DNA of 64,000 nucleotides from Octopus vulgaris (GCA_951406725.2 OX597814.1:189286001-189350000); one strand, 5' to 3'. Numbered from the stretch's first letter, positions 14,308 to 28,498 are shown. Translations and numbers: made by a program. The notes: generated by a model not told the origin, from the letters alone.

Positions 14308-14546
14308 GTTTAGTCAAACAAATTGGCCCCAGCACTTACTGTATTTAAGTCAAGCACTTATTCTAACTATGTTTTTTCCACACTTTCTAAGTTACTTGGA
14401 TGTAAACAAACCAACACCAGTTGTCGGACGGTGGTGGAGACATCCTCAGATAGGACACTCATACATGCAATCACACATCCATATGTATACATACATACAT
14501 ACATATAAATTTATATATACGTGTGTGTTTGAGTGGGGGGTGTAAA

Positions 14547-14762
14547 AGAGGGGTTGCTGAAAAGTTGCTGGCTTTAAGGTTCTCGCAAAAGGCTCAGTTG
14601 GAGACCCGACCTCCCGTGTTCTTTTACTGGGCTTAGAAAAAGTGAAGACCGTTGCAATAAGTATGTGAATCTGAGAAGAATAAAATGAGAATTAACTGAT
14701 TCTCCTATATTTGTTTTTGTTTTTTTTTTTTACCTAAAGCTAAAAACTTTCCAACACCTTCC
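14547..14762. mobile_element. Mariner-type MITE
   Basis: Imperfect TIRs gaggggttgctgaaaagttgctggcttta ... taaagctaaaaactttccaacaccttc. Confidence 0.6.
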
Positions 14763-14984
14763 ATATATATATATATATGGAAAAAAAGTCAAGGTAGAAA
14801 ATGCTAAAATAATTTTATGAAAAACATTTTGAGTATTGGTTTCAGTCATTGAGACTTTTTCAACTGTAAGTATGGAAAATAATTAAATTTTGGAAAAATT
14901 AAAAGGAAAGTTTTTTTAAAGAATATTTGCATAGTGTTCAAATACAAGTGGCATTTTCCTTGTATGTGTGTATAATTATATCAC

Positions 14985-15098
14985 CGTGATCACCGTGACC
15001 GACCAGGCTATCAGATGTTGCTACACATCGCTGGTCACAATGCGCTTCGGATTGTTTTAGCCTTCAAATGACGCCACCCCGCTGGCTAAGCGAGCAGG

Positions 15099-15101
<3 letters not shown>
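14985..15101 (-). mobile_element. SINE family 2, 3' end
   Basis: Matches 63065-63180 and the reverse complement of 50553-50665. Confidence 0.75.
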
Positions 15102-15160
<59 letters not shown>

Positions 15161-17127
15161 GATCCCACATACTTTCCCTCTATCAGTTTCACTCAAAAGT
15201 CAACCCAGACCAGGACCATAGTAGGAGAAATCTGTCCAAGGTGCAACCCAATGGGGCTAAACTTGGAACCGAGCTTTTAATGCTGTCAGTTATTTATTTC
15301 TGGCCTGAAAATAACAATATATTACTTATTGAATGGACAAGGCACCATATTTCCTTCTGTCGCTTAAGATAACCCGGCCTTACTCGGATTCAGTAAAGAT
15401 ATACAAAATCATTTATTGCAACTTGTATTAGCTGCTTTACAATATTCTTGTAATTATTGTCGTTGATACCTAGTTTAATCTCGTGTCAGTCCCTGTTTGT
15501 CAAAGGGGCTGCAATGGCGACTTACAAATTTTCTTTCCAAACAACAAATTAAATGTCCATCTACATTATCTGATTTGCACTTGATTTCTTAAGGCAGTAC
15601 GATATGATTTCATGGAAATTTAATTGTTATTTCTTGCAGGTCGAGCTACAGTATGTACGCCGTTTCGTTGGTGCAACTCAACATAGCTTTTAGCATGGTT
15701 GTCGTCCGTCTGGTTTACGTAGTTCATTTAAGCCAAAATCCAACAATTTATGCTTGCCATTTAGCTGTAGCTGTTTAGCAATTCAAATATAACTATTTAT
15801 TTGTAAGCTAGTGCAGTTACTACTAGAGAATGTAGTGTGTCGGTAAGATACTCTGCTATGTAATATCTACTTTAATATCTCACTAATACATTGAAATTCC
15901 GTTGAGGACTATATTTCCTTGAAGCTTTCGACAGTTGATTGATAAAATGAGTGCAAATATACTTAGTGTTTTTAGTTGTTTTTTTTTCTTTTTTCACCGT
16001 CTATAGAGTTTCTTCCATGAAGTTGTTCTTTTTTTCTTTTTTTTTTTTTGGTTAATCAACAGAAATCATTATTGCTTTATAGCTATTTTTTGGCTTTATT
16101 TTCAGGATAATTTTTTAAAAATAATTTTACAAAAGTGCTGCAAACATTCTTTTGTTAATATTTGTAGCTCTTTTCAGTTTCCGATAATTTTTTTTCCAAT
16201 TATTTAAATTATATTTAAACCAAACTGAAACAAGAACATAAAAATGACACAACAAATAAATACTTCTATCTTTCTCTTTCCCTTTCTATCCATCCATCCA
16301 TCTATCTATCTATCTATCACTCCTCACTCTCACACAATTTGTATCTATCTTCTTTATCTAATCACCTCTCCCTCTGTTTATCTCTCTATCTTGATCTCTT
16401 TCTCCCCCCCTCTCTCTCTGTCCCTCCCTCCCTCCTTCTCTCAGCCACTCATGTTTTTAAACTCACAGTTTGCCTTATATTTTTAGTTTAATGTTATTCC
16501 ACTTTTTTCTTCTTCTTTTCTGTCTTCTCACTTAATGAATTTCTTTTGTAGGATTGATTTTTCTTTTAGGTGCAATTAAGTTTTATTTATGTTTTTTGTT
16601 TATGTCTTTACTTTCTCTAGTAATTAGCTTCGTTATTCATTTCATTATCGTTATCAACAACACCATCACCATCGTTCACCACCGCCATCATTATAGCAAA
16701 GAGACAGTTGTTTATTTAAAATAAAACTTTGAATCAAACTGAAATAATATTTTCTTTAACAACAAGCGAGTTTCTTTGAAATGGTAAAAAGAAAAATACG
16801 AAGTTACGTTATCTGAATTAATTTTTTCACAAAAGAAAAAATCTGTAAAATTTCTTCAAGTCCACAATCGTAACTGGAAACTTTTTACTTCCGCATCAAA
16901 CCAGATATAAGGTAATGCTTCTGATATCTTTTCCATAAGTACTGAGCATCATAAATTTATAGCGTAATAAAATGATAACGTTGGTCTGACGTCAATACTT
17001 TTCTCAAAATAATTATTGACTCAACTGATGGAATATAATCGAAACCTGGAACAGAAACACAGTAAATGGCTACATTTTGTTCAGAATTTACCTCCATTTT
17101 ACATTTTGAATTGAATTCAATTCAATT

Positions 17128-17347
17128 TTTATTGGCTCAAAAAGCAAAAGCAAGGCCATGTAATGGGACAGGGAGTTATGTACAGGGAGGCTGGTCATAC
17201 AAAGAGTTCAGGCCATTTCTGGTCAAGAGAGACTTTGAACCGAGCGGTCGTCGGCATCTTCACTATCTCGTCCGGCAGCTTATTCCACGGATCCGCAACC
17301 CGGACGGAGAAAGCCCCTCTCCTTCGATTGAGATGAAATCGTCGTAG
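17128..17347 (-). mobile_element. CR1 LINE 3' end
   Basis: Minus strand translates RGAFSVRVADPWNKLPDEIVKMPTTARFKVSLDQKWPELFV*, the CR1 C-terminal FS.RV...WN.LP...FK..LD motif. Confidence 0.8.
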
Positions 17348-17348
17348 A

Positions 17349-17420
17349 TTTATTATAACGCGAATCGTCGTACATTTATTATAACGCGAATTATCACATT
17401 TATTATAATTCGAATTATTA
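17349..17420. repeat. Three ~26-bp tandem units (tttattataacgcgaat...)
   Basis: Direct reading, located at the 5' junction of the CR1 fragment. Confidence 0.7.
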
Positions 17421-17518
17421 ATTTAAGAGCAAGCTCGAAGATTGATAAGATTACAAGAAATGGGATGTTATGTCACTAAAAAAACTAAAATTTTCAATAC
17501 CTCAATAAATTTGGCCGT

Positions 17519-17621
17519 GGAGGCACATGGCCTAGAGGTTAGAGCAGCAGACTCGCAGTCGAGGGATCGTGGGTTCGAGTCTCAGACCGGGCGATGTGTG
17601 TGTTTATGAGCGAGACACCTA
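17519..17621 (+). mobile_element. SINE family 2 head (tRNA-Arg-like)
   Basis: A box TGGCCTAGAGG, B box GGTTCGAGTC. Matches 40071-40170. Confidence 0.8.
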
Positions 17622-17659
17622 ATTTTTTTAAGTGTATTTTCTTTTGTTACATCACGACC

Positions 17660-17935
17660 CTACGTAAACAACCCAGTACTAGTCGTTAAGCGATGTGGAG
17701 ACAAACGCATACACGGACACACACATACATATATTATACTGAAATATATATATAGGTAGATAGATAGATGCACGCGCGCGCGCGCACACATACTCATTCG
17801 CGCGTGAAGGCACAAAAGACGGATTTCTATATAATTTTCGTCTTCCAAATTGATGCAGATGGAATTGATTGCTTCGGGACCGTCGTAGAAGGTATCGTTG
17901 CCAAGGCGCTCCGCAGCGGGACTGAAACCGTAGCA
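17660..17935 (-). mobile_element. Degenerate SINE family 3 copy
   Basis: Minus strand gtttcagtcccgctgcggagcgccttggcaac...tttggaagacgaaaat...ccgtc aligns to 43300-43410. Confidence 0.6.
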
Positions 17936-18051
17936 ACGTGATTTCGGTTTCCACCTTATTTTCGAAACCATCATTATCATGCTTCCTGCATATTTGTATC
18001 ATATTTTTTTTCTCTTTCTCCCGTTGTATACTTCACTCAACAGCAGAGAGA

Positions 18052-18124
<73 letters not shown>

Positions 18125-18359
18125 AGGGACAGAGAGAATGGGAGAGAGAGAAATAAACAAACAAACAAACAAACAAATCAAACACATAGACTCACAGTAA
18201 GAGATACGCCACATGGCGCGACGTGTTACCAAAGTTTTGGGGTATAGTGCAAATGTGCGACATTCCATTTTGATTGGTCGATCAACTCCGGATGGATTAG
18301 CGTGAAGAATCCGATCCACCATATAGCAACAAGTGAACACAGAAAAATGTAAGCATCCT

Positions 18360-18746
18360 TATTTCCTTACTGCCCAGAGGGGACAGACAAGGACAGACAA
18401 ACGGATTAAGCCGATTACGTCGACCCCAGTGCGTAACTGGTACTTATTTACTCGACGCCGAAAGATGAAAGGCAAAGTCGACCTCGGCGGAATTTGAACT
18501 CAGAACATAGCGACAGACGAAATACCTATTTTTACTACCCACAAGGGGCTAAACAAGCAAGGACAGACAAACGTATTAAGTAGATTACATCGATCCCAGT
18601 GCGTAACTGGTACTTAATTTATCGACCCCGAAAGGATGAAAGGCAAAGTCGACCTCGGCGGAATTTGAACTCACAACGTAACGGCAGACGAAATGCTTAG
18701 CGGCATTTCGCCCGGCGTGCTAACGTTTCTGCCAGCTCGCCGCCTT
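18360..18746 (-). mobile_element. SINE family 1 head-to-tail dimer
   Basis: Two units joined at cagacgaaatacctattt (~18515-18532). Confidence 0.85.
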
Positions 18747-19510
18747 CTAGTATCCGCATCCTTCTGTAAGCCATTTTCCGTTATGATGTAAGCCGATTGG
18801 TCTAATTAAACAATGCAATACACCCGAGTCACTACTTCAGTATTACATAACTCCGTGCTCGAAAAGCACGTACTAGTATAAATGTAAAGGTCTATTCCCA
18901 CCAAGAACACGGTGACCAGGGTATCCATCTCAGTGACGAGAACCAGTAAAACGATATCTGTCGCTTAATTATTTAACTCCGCTCTACGCGCATCTATGTA
19001 TTGGATGAGCAAAGGAAGAAAATCCGTCGAAGACATAGACTGTTACTTTTATATTCGTTCGAGTTTCTTGATAGAACGTGGAAGGCACATATTAGCCATT
19101 CAATACACACAGTGACTGGTAATTTCACTTAGACATAGTTTGGTGTCAAAATTTTCTTTGCAGCAATTTCTACTGACAAGGTTTCACTGCATCTGTTTGG
19201 GGGCGGGGCGAGGGCGAGGTTGTTGTCAGAATCCGTGTTTCTGGATAATAAATATATTTTTATATATGTAGGTCAGTCGTTCTGGTTGTCATTTCTTGGT
19301 GTTAGTATTGGTTTGTTAACACGGTACTTGGTTGTTATTCACAAGTCTTCTTTTTACTTTTTCTTTGCTATTATATAAAACAAGTTGGAAATGACCAAAA
19401 TTAAAAGAATCTATCAGTCCATGACTACAAATTGATAAAAAAACTCTATGAGGAGTAGGAAGCAAGCGACAGTAGAAGTAGTAGCAGTAGTAGAGAAGCA
19501 GTAGGATAGT

Positions 19511-19822
19511 CATCATCATCATCATTGTTCGACCGTGGTCGAGACAATGGAATTTACTATGTTACGCCAGACTTCACGGTCCATCATAGCATTACGGAGG
19601 TCCTGTTGCTGGATGCCTGTATCCCTGGAGATTACATCAGGGTAGAAGAGTGTGCGCCCTCTGGTATTGCGAGTAGATGGCTTCCAGAGGAGAGGAGTAG
19701 AAATTACTTCTTTTTCAGCTCTACAACAATGTCCAGCAAACTGGACTCTCCTACCTTTCACAAGAGATGACACAGGTGGTAGTTTCCCATATATTTGCAT
19801 TTTGGTTGGATGGCGCTTCCAG
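19511..19822 (-). mobile_element. RTE-like LINE 3' end with (TGA)n tail
   Basis: RRVQFAGHCCRAEKEVISTPLLWKP...AMMDREVWR, with the stop directly followed by tgatgatga. Confidence 0.8.
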
Positions 19823-20179
19823 TAGGGTAGTAGTGAATGGAGCAGAAGTAGTGTATGCTCGCGCGCGCGTGTATGTGTAAAGGAACGGGGTTTAGTGGTG
19901 AGGTTGTCGCACTCACATCATTGAGATCGTGGTTCGACTCTCAGACAGGCTGTGCGTACTTTCTTGAGCGGAATATTTCATTTCACGTTGCCCTACTGTA
20001 CTCAGCTGTAAACGAGTAACCCAGTGACAGACTGGCATTCCATTCAATAATTATGTTGACTTGCGCGCCCGAGCCAAATTTAAATCAATGCGAAGCACAC
20101 TCTGACCAACAATGTATAATAACATCTGATATCCTGGCTAATACGGTCACAAACACACACACACATATGCACACACATA

Positions 20180-20430
20180 CACACATGTGATCGTGGGTTC
20201 GATTCCTAGACCGGGTGTTGCGTTGAGTTCTTGGGCGAAGCACTTCATTTCACGTTGCTCTGCGATCATTTCGTCATCAGACATGTGGCACACAATGCAC
20301 CGAGAGAGGTAATGTCGATTTGATGGAGGGAGTGAGCTTATGTGTACACAAACATTTGATCGCCAGAAACAAATTATCTGTGCGGTTGTTCGGCAAGAAA
20401 TTACCGATTCCTCGTGCATTGTCTAACGAC
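20180..20430 (+). mobile_element. SINE family 2-related copy, with a degenerate relative at 19888-20150
   Basis: gatcgtgggttcgattcctagaccggg...ttcttgggcgaagcacttcatttcacgttgctc is similar to 36050-36120. Confidence 0.6.
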
Positions 20431-20743
20431 GGGAGAGTCCTTGATGATGATATATATATATATTAATAAATAAAATAAAACATATGCATATATATAAACA
20501 TATATGTACGTACCTACCTCTACATGTACATATAGACGCATATATGAGTACAGGACACCAAAAGGACGTCGAACACAATGAGAAACGAAAACATAGACAC
20601 AAACCAAAGGAACTGGACATTTATTTAAAAACAGCAAAAAAATAGAGTACAGGACAATTAACACAAAGAAAAAACCCCTTCTTCAGTCGCTAAAAGGTTT
20701 CATCTACTCTATGTTTCGAAGGATAAAAGCGATACTTTTAAGG

Positions 20744-20794
<51 letters not shown>

Positions 20795-20799
20795 CACAT

Positions 20800-21131
<332 letters not shown>

Positions 21132-21142
21132 TATATATATAT

Positions 21143-21239
<97 letters not shown>

Positions 21240-21240
<1 letters not shown>

Positions 21241-21451
21241 GGGAAGCTTTATGAAAATAAACAAAAGACGAAGGCAGGTGGAGTACAAACAAACAATTGT
21301 ATTAGTATGGCGACAGGAATAGAAATAAAACAAGTCTTTTACGTTTCGAGCCTACGCTCTTCAACAGAAAGATAAACAGAAAAGAAATACGGAGAGAAAC
21401 AAGGAGAGAAAAAAAATGCGTGCAGAGCGGCGTACGTACACTTTGTTCTCT

Positions 21452-21452
<1 letters not shown>
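21240..21452 (-). mobile_element. ~200 bp HHR-bearing unit, family B
   Basis: Between (TA)n tracts. Degenerate relative at 49395-49590. Confidence 0.65.
21335..21372 (-). ncRNA. Minimal type I hammerhead-like motif (core variant CUGUUGA)
   Basis: tcttt CTGTTGA AGAGC gtag GCTC GAAACGTA aaaga. Stem I tcttt/aaaga, palindromic stem III ACGT. Confidence 0.6.
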
Positions 21453-21518
<66 letters not shown>

Positions 21519-21830
21519 TATTTCAACTGATCAAAATCTAAACTCTATAATGTCCATTTTGCCCTGAAGATCATCCATAAAGGATACTCAAAATGCAAAC
21601 ATATGTTTTGTAATTTAAATTGTATGAAGCGAAACAATTGTAGGCAATGTTAATTAATTTATTTATTAATTCATATGCATTGAATCTCTCCATTTTCAAA
21701 TTTAATAATATTTGATGTTTTATAATATATTTATTCAAGAAATATCTCATCAAAATATACTGTATTAAACCAGTATATTAAACCTTGAATAAAGCTATCA
21801 CTATACGAGGTTTAAATATCTCATAGTGAA

Positions 21831-21879
<49 letters not shown>

Positions 21880-21901
21880 ATGTATTTATATATCGGCATA
21901 T

Positions 21902-22328
21902 GATTGATTGATTGATTGATGATTGATTTTAGTTTCAGCTCATGAGCTGTGGCCATGCTGGGGCACCGCCATTTGGTGTTGCTACATGGTTTTACTTCAC
22001 GAAAGCTTTTTAGCGACTGCCATTTGGTGCATGAGAGAGTTCGATGCAGCTGCCCTCATCTGCACCTCCTGCCGTGAAGTTGGTTCATCTGGGACACCTG
22101 ACAGGAAGAGATCCAGTTTCATTTTAAAGACATCTGCATCCACCCCATGCAGTTCTCTCAGGTTCTTCGGGAGGATATTGAAGAGCTGTGGGCCTCGGAA
22201 GCCCAGGCTATCACAGTATCTTGTCCTACATCTTGATGGCAAATTTGGAGTCCAGTTCTGACATTTGTGTAACTCTCGATGCCAAAGTTTGGGACACGTC
22301 CCTCCAGGATCTTCCAGATGTATATTAT

Positions 22329-22332
<4 letters not shown>
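21902..22332 (-). mobile_element. CR1/L2-group LINE 3' end with (ATCA)n tail
   Basis: YAIIYIWKILEGRVPNFG...DSLGFRGPQLFNILPKNLR...AASNSLMHQ. 3' UTR ggcggtgccccagcatggccacagctcatgagctgaaac, tail aatcaatc. Confidence 0.8.
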
Positions 22333-22363
<31 letters not shown>

Positions 22364-22561
22364 TTTTATTCTTTCAATTGTTTCATTCATTTGCCTGCGG
22401 CCATGCTGGAGCGCCGCCTTTACTCGAGCAAATGGACCCCAAGACTTGTTCTTTGTAAGTCTAGTACTTATTCTATCGACCATTTTTGCCGGACGTAAAC
22501 ACATCAGCAACGGTTGTCAAGCGATGTTTGTTGGGGACACACACACATACACACACACACG

Positions 22562-22635
<74 letters not shown>

Positions 22636-22653
22636 CGTACACACACACACAAA

Positions 22654-22775
22654 CAGTAATACCTCACTTTACGAGGACCCGCTTTGCGAAACATCGGCTT
22701 TACGAGTTTTACGAGTATTCGCTTTACGAACGTTCTCTGTGAACGAATTAACTTGTTTTTCGAGGCATTAATTAC

Positions 22776-22777
<2 letters not shown>
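22654..22777. mobile_element. Tigger-type mini-MITE
   Basis: cagtaatacctc ... gaggcattaattactg with internal ctttacga repeats. Confidence 0.6.
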
Positions 22778-22825
<48 letters not shown>

Positions 22826-22827
<2 letters not shown>

Positions 22828-23024
22828 GGTCCCGGGTTGAGTCGGGGTTAACCACAGTAAATAAGGTACTCAATACATAGCAGAGTAAATTAATTTATTT
22901 TATAGAAGGAGCTTCTACAGGATTAGTACTGTTTCATTCAAATGAAATCATCAGGAAGCTTCCTGATGATTTTATTTGAATGAAACAGTACTCGTCCTGT
23001 AGAAGCTCCTTCTATAAAATAAAT
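22826..23024. mobile_element. Fold-back mini-element: 132-bp palindrome (22893-23024) of two hammerheads plus a minus-strand 3' tail
   Basis: Symmetry centre GGAAG|CTTCC at 22958/22959, about 3 mismatched positions. Flanked by (TA)n. Confidence 0.85.
22957..23007 (+). ncRNA. Type I hammerhead ribozyme-like motif, mirror copy on minus at 22910-22960
   Basis: agcttc CTGATGA ttttatttgaat GAAA cag tactcgtc ctg TA gaagct. Stem I agcttc/gaagct, stem III acag/ctgt, GUA site, weak stem II. Confidence 0.7.
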
Positions 23025-23476
23025 ATATATGTATATATATATATTTAGATTCACACACACGCACACATAAATATGCATATCATTTTCATGCATAAATTGG
23101 TCTTGTGTCTAATGAAAATTAATCAATTTGTTATTCAGTTTCCTTTTTTGTTTTCTTTAGCCATTTGTTATTGGTTTTTGTTCAAGTGTTTGCCGTTGTT
23201 TTGGGTTCTGTTTGTGCCTGCCATTGATACTATAGTTATTTCTTTAATTTCATTTACATTTACACATTTACATTGTTAATACCACCACCTCCATCTCGCC
23301 CGACGACGCCATCATGAGATTTTGGTTTTTGTTATATTGTTTTTGATTTTGGGTTCTTTTTTGGTTGTTTTGTTTTTTGGTTGTTTTGTTTTTGTTTGTT
23401 TTTTGTACATTTTGGTATTGTAATTCTTATTCTTTCAACTATTGTTCGACCGGCTTTCACTCACACAAAAAAACTA

Positions 23477-23507
<31 letters not shown>

Positions 23508-24074
23508 GTAATAATAATGATAGTAATAATAATAATAGTAATAGTAATAGTAATAATAATAATAGTAATAGTAATAATAATAATAATAATAGTAATAACA
23601 ATAATAATAATAATAACAATAACAATAACAATAACAAGAAGAAGAAGAAGAAGGGGAGGAGAAGGTGACGACGACGATGAAGAGTGAAAATAAAGACGCT
23701 GTTCGTGCATCTCTTGTTGCTAATTTTGGTTCCGTTGATGTTGCTAATGCTGTTGTTGATGGTGGTGGTGGTGGTGGTGGTGGTGGTTTTGGTGGTAGTG
23801 GTGGTGGTGGTGATACTGCTGCTGCTATTGTGGCTGCCGCTGGTTTTGTTGGCGTTGTTGTTATGACTTGCTGGTGGCGGCGGCGTTGTTGAATGTGACT
23901 CTTTTATTTTTAAGACGATCGTAACAAAGACGTAACGCAAGGAGTAAAACTGACATTTGAACAGAAGACAAAAAAAATATCAACAATGGGAGAGTTTTAC
24001 AAAAGATCAGAGTGGGGGTAAGGGTGGGAGGTAAAAAAAAACAAACAAACAAAAAAGGGAAATGGAAGGATGTA

Positions 24075-24455
24075 TGGAAGAAGGAGGACGAGGAGTGATG
24101 TGAAGAAGAAGAAGACGAAGGAGAAGAAGAAGAAGAAGAAGAAGAAGAAGAAGAAGAAGAAGAAGAAGAAGAAGAAGGAGGAGGAGGAGAAGAAGAAGAA
24201 GAAGAAGAAGAAGAAGAAGAAGAAGAAGAAGAAGAAGAAGAAGGAGAAGACGGAGGAGAAGACGAAGAAGCAGAAGAAGAAGACGAAGAAGGAGAAGACG
24301 AAGAAGGAGACGAAGAAGGAGAAGGAGAAGAAGAATGAGGAGGAGAAGAAGAAGAAGAAGAAGAAGAAGAAGAAGAAGAAGAAGAAGAAGAAGAAGAAGA
24401 AGAAGAAGAAGAAGAAGAAGAAGAAGAAGAAGAAGAAGAAGAAGAAGAAGAAGGG
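24075..24455. repeat. (GAA)n polypurine tract
   Basis: Direct reading. Confidence 0.95.
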
Positions 24456-25252
24456 TTATGATGATGATAATGATGATGATGATGGTGGTGGTGGTGTTGA
24501 GATGACAATGATCATGAAGTTGATGATGGAAAGTGGTAGAAGAGCAGCGTTACAGAAGAGAAAAAAACGTAAAGAATCTCTTGATGGCGATGATGGTTGT
24601 GGTTTGTTTGTTCTGAAGAACAGGAAAGAATAAGAATAAGATCCGAGAGTGATGGAACGAAGGGTCTGTTGAGTGAGCAAGGCGAATGTAAGAAGTGAGA
24701 AATGTTACGGATTGTGCTTCTGTACGCATCTACGTTATCTGTATATAAGTGGGAGGAAAAGGAAGTCAGACGCTAAACAACACAGCCCTGGATGGAATAA
24801 AGACTTAGAGTCTGGATAACGGGATTAATATTGGAGTATTAGCATTGGATCAGCGTTATCGCTAGAATGGCTTGTATATCATCTTTGGTTGTCTTCGTCG
24901 TCTCTAAAGCATGTATGTATGCGATCCGTGAGTTTGTGTGTTTGGCTGGGGGTGGAGGAGGTGTTTGTGTGTGGGGGAGGAGGTGTTTGTGTGTGGGGGA
25001 CTGCAAGTGGGATGAGATACTACATCATGTGTATATATGCTTATTTGTGTATGTGTATGTGTTCGCGTGTTTCAGTGTTTATGTGAGTATGTGTGCGTGT
25101 ACGTGTGTGTGTGTGTGTGTGTGTGCGTGTGTGTGTGCGAGTATGTCTCGGTGTGTGTGTATTTTCTTCATTGCGAATGTTTAATTGATTATGTGGTTCT
25201 ACATATACACACACACTAACACACTCACACACACACACACACACGCACGCAC

Positions 25253-25296
<44 letters not shown>

Positions 25297-25444
25297 GCAT
25301 GTGTATGAGCGTTGAGTGTATGTAAATTACATATATATACACATATGTATGTATACATATCTTTTCTACATACGTATGCATTCTCTCTCACTCTCTTTCT
25401 CTCTCTCTCTCTCTCACTCTCTTTCTCTCTCTCTCTCACTCTCT

Positions 25445-25480
<36 letters not shown>

Positions 25481-25519
25481 GACACAATGAGGTCATATGA
25501 GCTTATCTACTAACTGACA

Positions 25520-25546
25520 TAAGTATATATACATATACCTACATAC

Positions 25547-25588
<42 letters not shown>

Positions 25589-25663
25589 ACATATATATAT
25601 ATAAATATATACATATACATATATATATATAAATATATACATATACATATATATACATATACA

Positions 25664-25694
<31 letters not shown>

Positions 25695-25728
25695 ATACAT
25701 ATATATACATATACATATATATATATAC

Positions 25729-25773
<45 letters not shown>

Positions 25774-25885
25774 CATATACATAAATATATACATATACAT
25801 AAATATATATATATATATATATATACATATATATACACAAACACACACACAAACACACACACACACACACACATATATACATATA
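25520..25885. repeat. Interrupted (TA)n/(CATATA)n microsatellite
   Basis: Direct reading. Confidence 0.95.
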
Positions 25886-26499
25886 AGGATGTAATAATGT
25901 TCAACAATACAGTGCAAGTGCTAGCGAGGCATTTGTTGGGTGGAAAATAAGCATTTGTTTGAATATTTGCGTTTGCAGCGTAAGTAATTTTTGCTCCTTT
26001 GACTTCATAGATTTGCATGTTAAGATGAAAGAATTTATAACAACCAACCATTCTATGAGGATGTAACCGTGAAGCATGTTTAATACTATATGCATGCGAG
26101 AATACGTATAAGCATGTGGTAAAAGGAATGTGTATGAATGTACATATATATGCGTGTCAATATCGGTATTATCACAAGGTGTTCTCCTTTCTTAGTGCGT
26201 GTTATATATGTATGCGTGCACTGCATGAATATATTTTTTTTATATTTATGTATGTAGTTATATATGTATATGTATATATGTGTATATATGCATATTAATA
26301 TCTGTATATATATGTATAAATATGTACATTTATATGTACTAATTCATATACATATATTCATATATATATATATATGTATATAAGTGTGTGTGTGTGTACG
26401 TATATATGTGAATATATATATATGTGGATAGGGAGAAAGAGAAGAAAAGAGTGAGAGGTAGATACATAGGCAGGCACGTATTACGTAGACAGACAGACC

Positions 26500-26584
<85 letters not shown>

Positions 26585-26866
26585 GGAGAGAGAGAAGGGG
26601 GAGGTTTGTATTTTTATCAGTATGTATGTATGGAAACGCAGGCAGTTTTTACTTAACTTCTATGAAAAAAAAAAGTGAGGATCAAAGGTCTTGTATAACG
26701 AATTTATCTTCGTATATATTCCATTTTGCACATGTTAACGTGTTTTAACTTAGAACAGATGCTCAATAACTTCCTTTTGTTACCAATAATCCTACTGTGT
26801 GTGTGTGTTTGTATGTACGAGTGTGTGAGCGTGTGTGTTTGAGAGAGAGAGTGTGTGTGCGTGCGT

Positions 26867-26898
<32 letters not shown>

Positions 26899-27070
26899 AA
26901 TGAACTTTCTTGTCTGTCGATTGGATAAAAGGCATTGGATAAAACGGGCTACGTACGAATAAGAATCAGTAAGCTGATCCCTGCTAGGGGTTACTAACCA
27001 CTTCTAATGGAACGAATGAGCGCCGTAAATTCCCGACAAATATACAGACCACACAGACAATCTGATATTT

Positions 27071-27298
27071 GTTTCTTTATTACCCACAAGGGTCTAAACA
27101 CAGAAGGGACAAACAAGGAGAGACACACGGATTAAGACGATTACATCGACCCCAGTGCGTAACTGGTACTTAATTTATCGACCCCCGAAAGGATGAAAGG
27201 CAAAGTCGACCGCGGTGGAATTTGAACTCAGAACGTAACGGCAGACGAATTACGGCTACGCATTTCGCCCTGTGTGCTAACGTTTCTGCCAGCTCGCC
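27071..27298 (-). mobile_element. SINE family 1, full length with 13-bp TSD
   Basis: ACAATCTGATATT on both sides. Confidence 0.85.
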
Positions 27299-27956
27299 AC
27301 AATCTGATATTGGCGTCAAATACACAAAGATTACAGCAAGAGAAACAAAGTAAGAGAGAGAGAGGGGGGGAGAGAGACTGTGTATGTCTGTGTGAGATTG
27401 CGTGTGTGTGAGTAAATGAAAGGGCAAAAAGAGAGACAAGGATGCATGCAGACAATAAATAAAGAACAACTAGGCATATAATGGACAGTTTATGGAAAAT
27501 CGATAAAGATGTTGTATAAAAAGGTCTGTCCTTCCTGTCAGATTTTAAAGGTTGTGCTCATAATTCAAAAACAGTAACTATATTCAGTATAACAACGCGT
27601 AAGAATGGTGCTATCATCTAAGGCACTGTCTCACCAGAATAGGTTACGGTTCGACATATATCGCTTGTCCGCTATGTTTGAAAACAAATATTGTTCATCT
27701 CTTCGAATAAACTTCACGGCAGTGTAACATCTCATAATTTTATGACTTACCAGCACAAACAAATACATAGGATGACAGATGTCATATATATATATATATA
27801 TAACGGAGATGTACTTGCATAGCAAGTGACCTGTTCTGAGATCGTGAGCTGGAACGAAAACAATAGCAGCGTGGAAGGTGTTTATAAGCCATTTAAGAAA
27901 CACACAAAAACCGTTAGATTTAATTTGTCAAAATATTTTCATCGCTTTGAGACCGC

Positions 27957-28459
<503 letters not shown>

Positions 28460-28498
28460 TCCAAAGAAGGAAAATAAATCGCCAACAGTGTATATATG

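Noticed and set aside
17660-18002. Complex-looking ORFs of 106-107 aa
   Set aside because: The DNA aligns to a decayed SINE 3 copy.
18198-18352. Exon ending at AAAAT|GTAAGC (similar donor-like sites on minus near 42786 and 44097)
   Set aside because: No recognisable reading frame or homology. Such motifs occur by chance.
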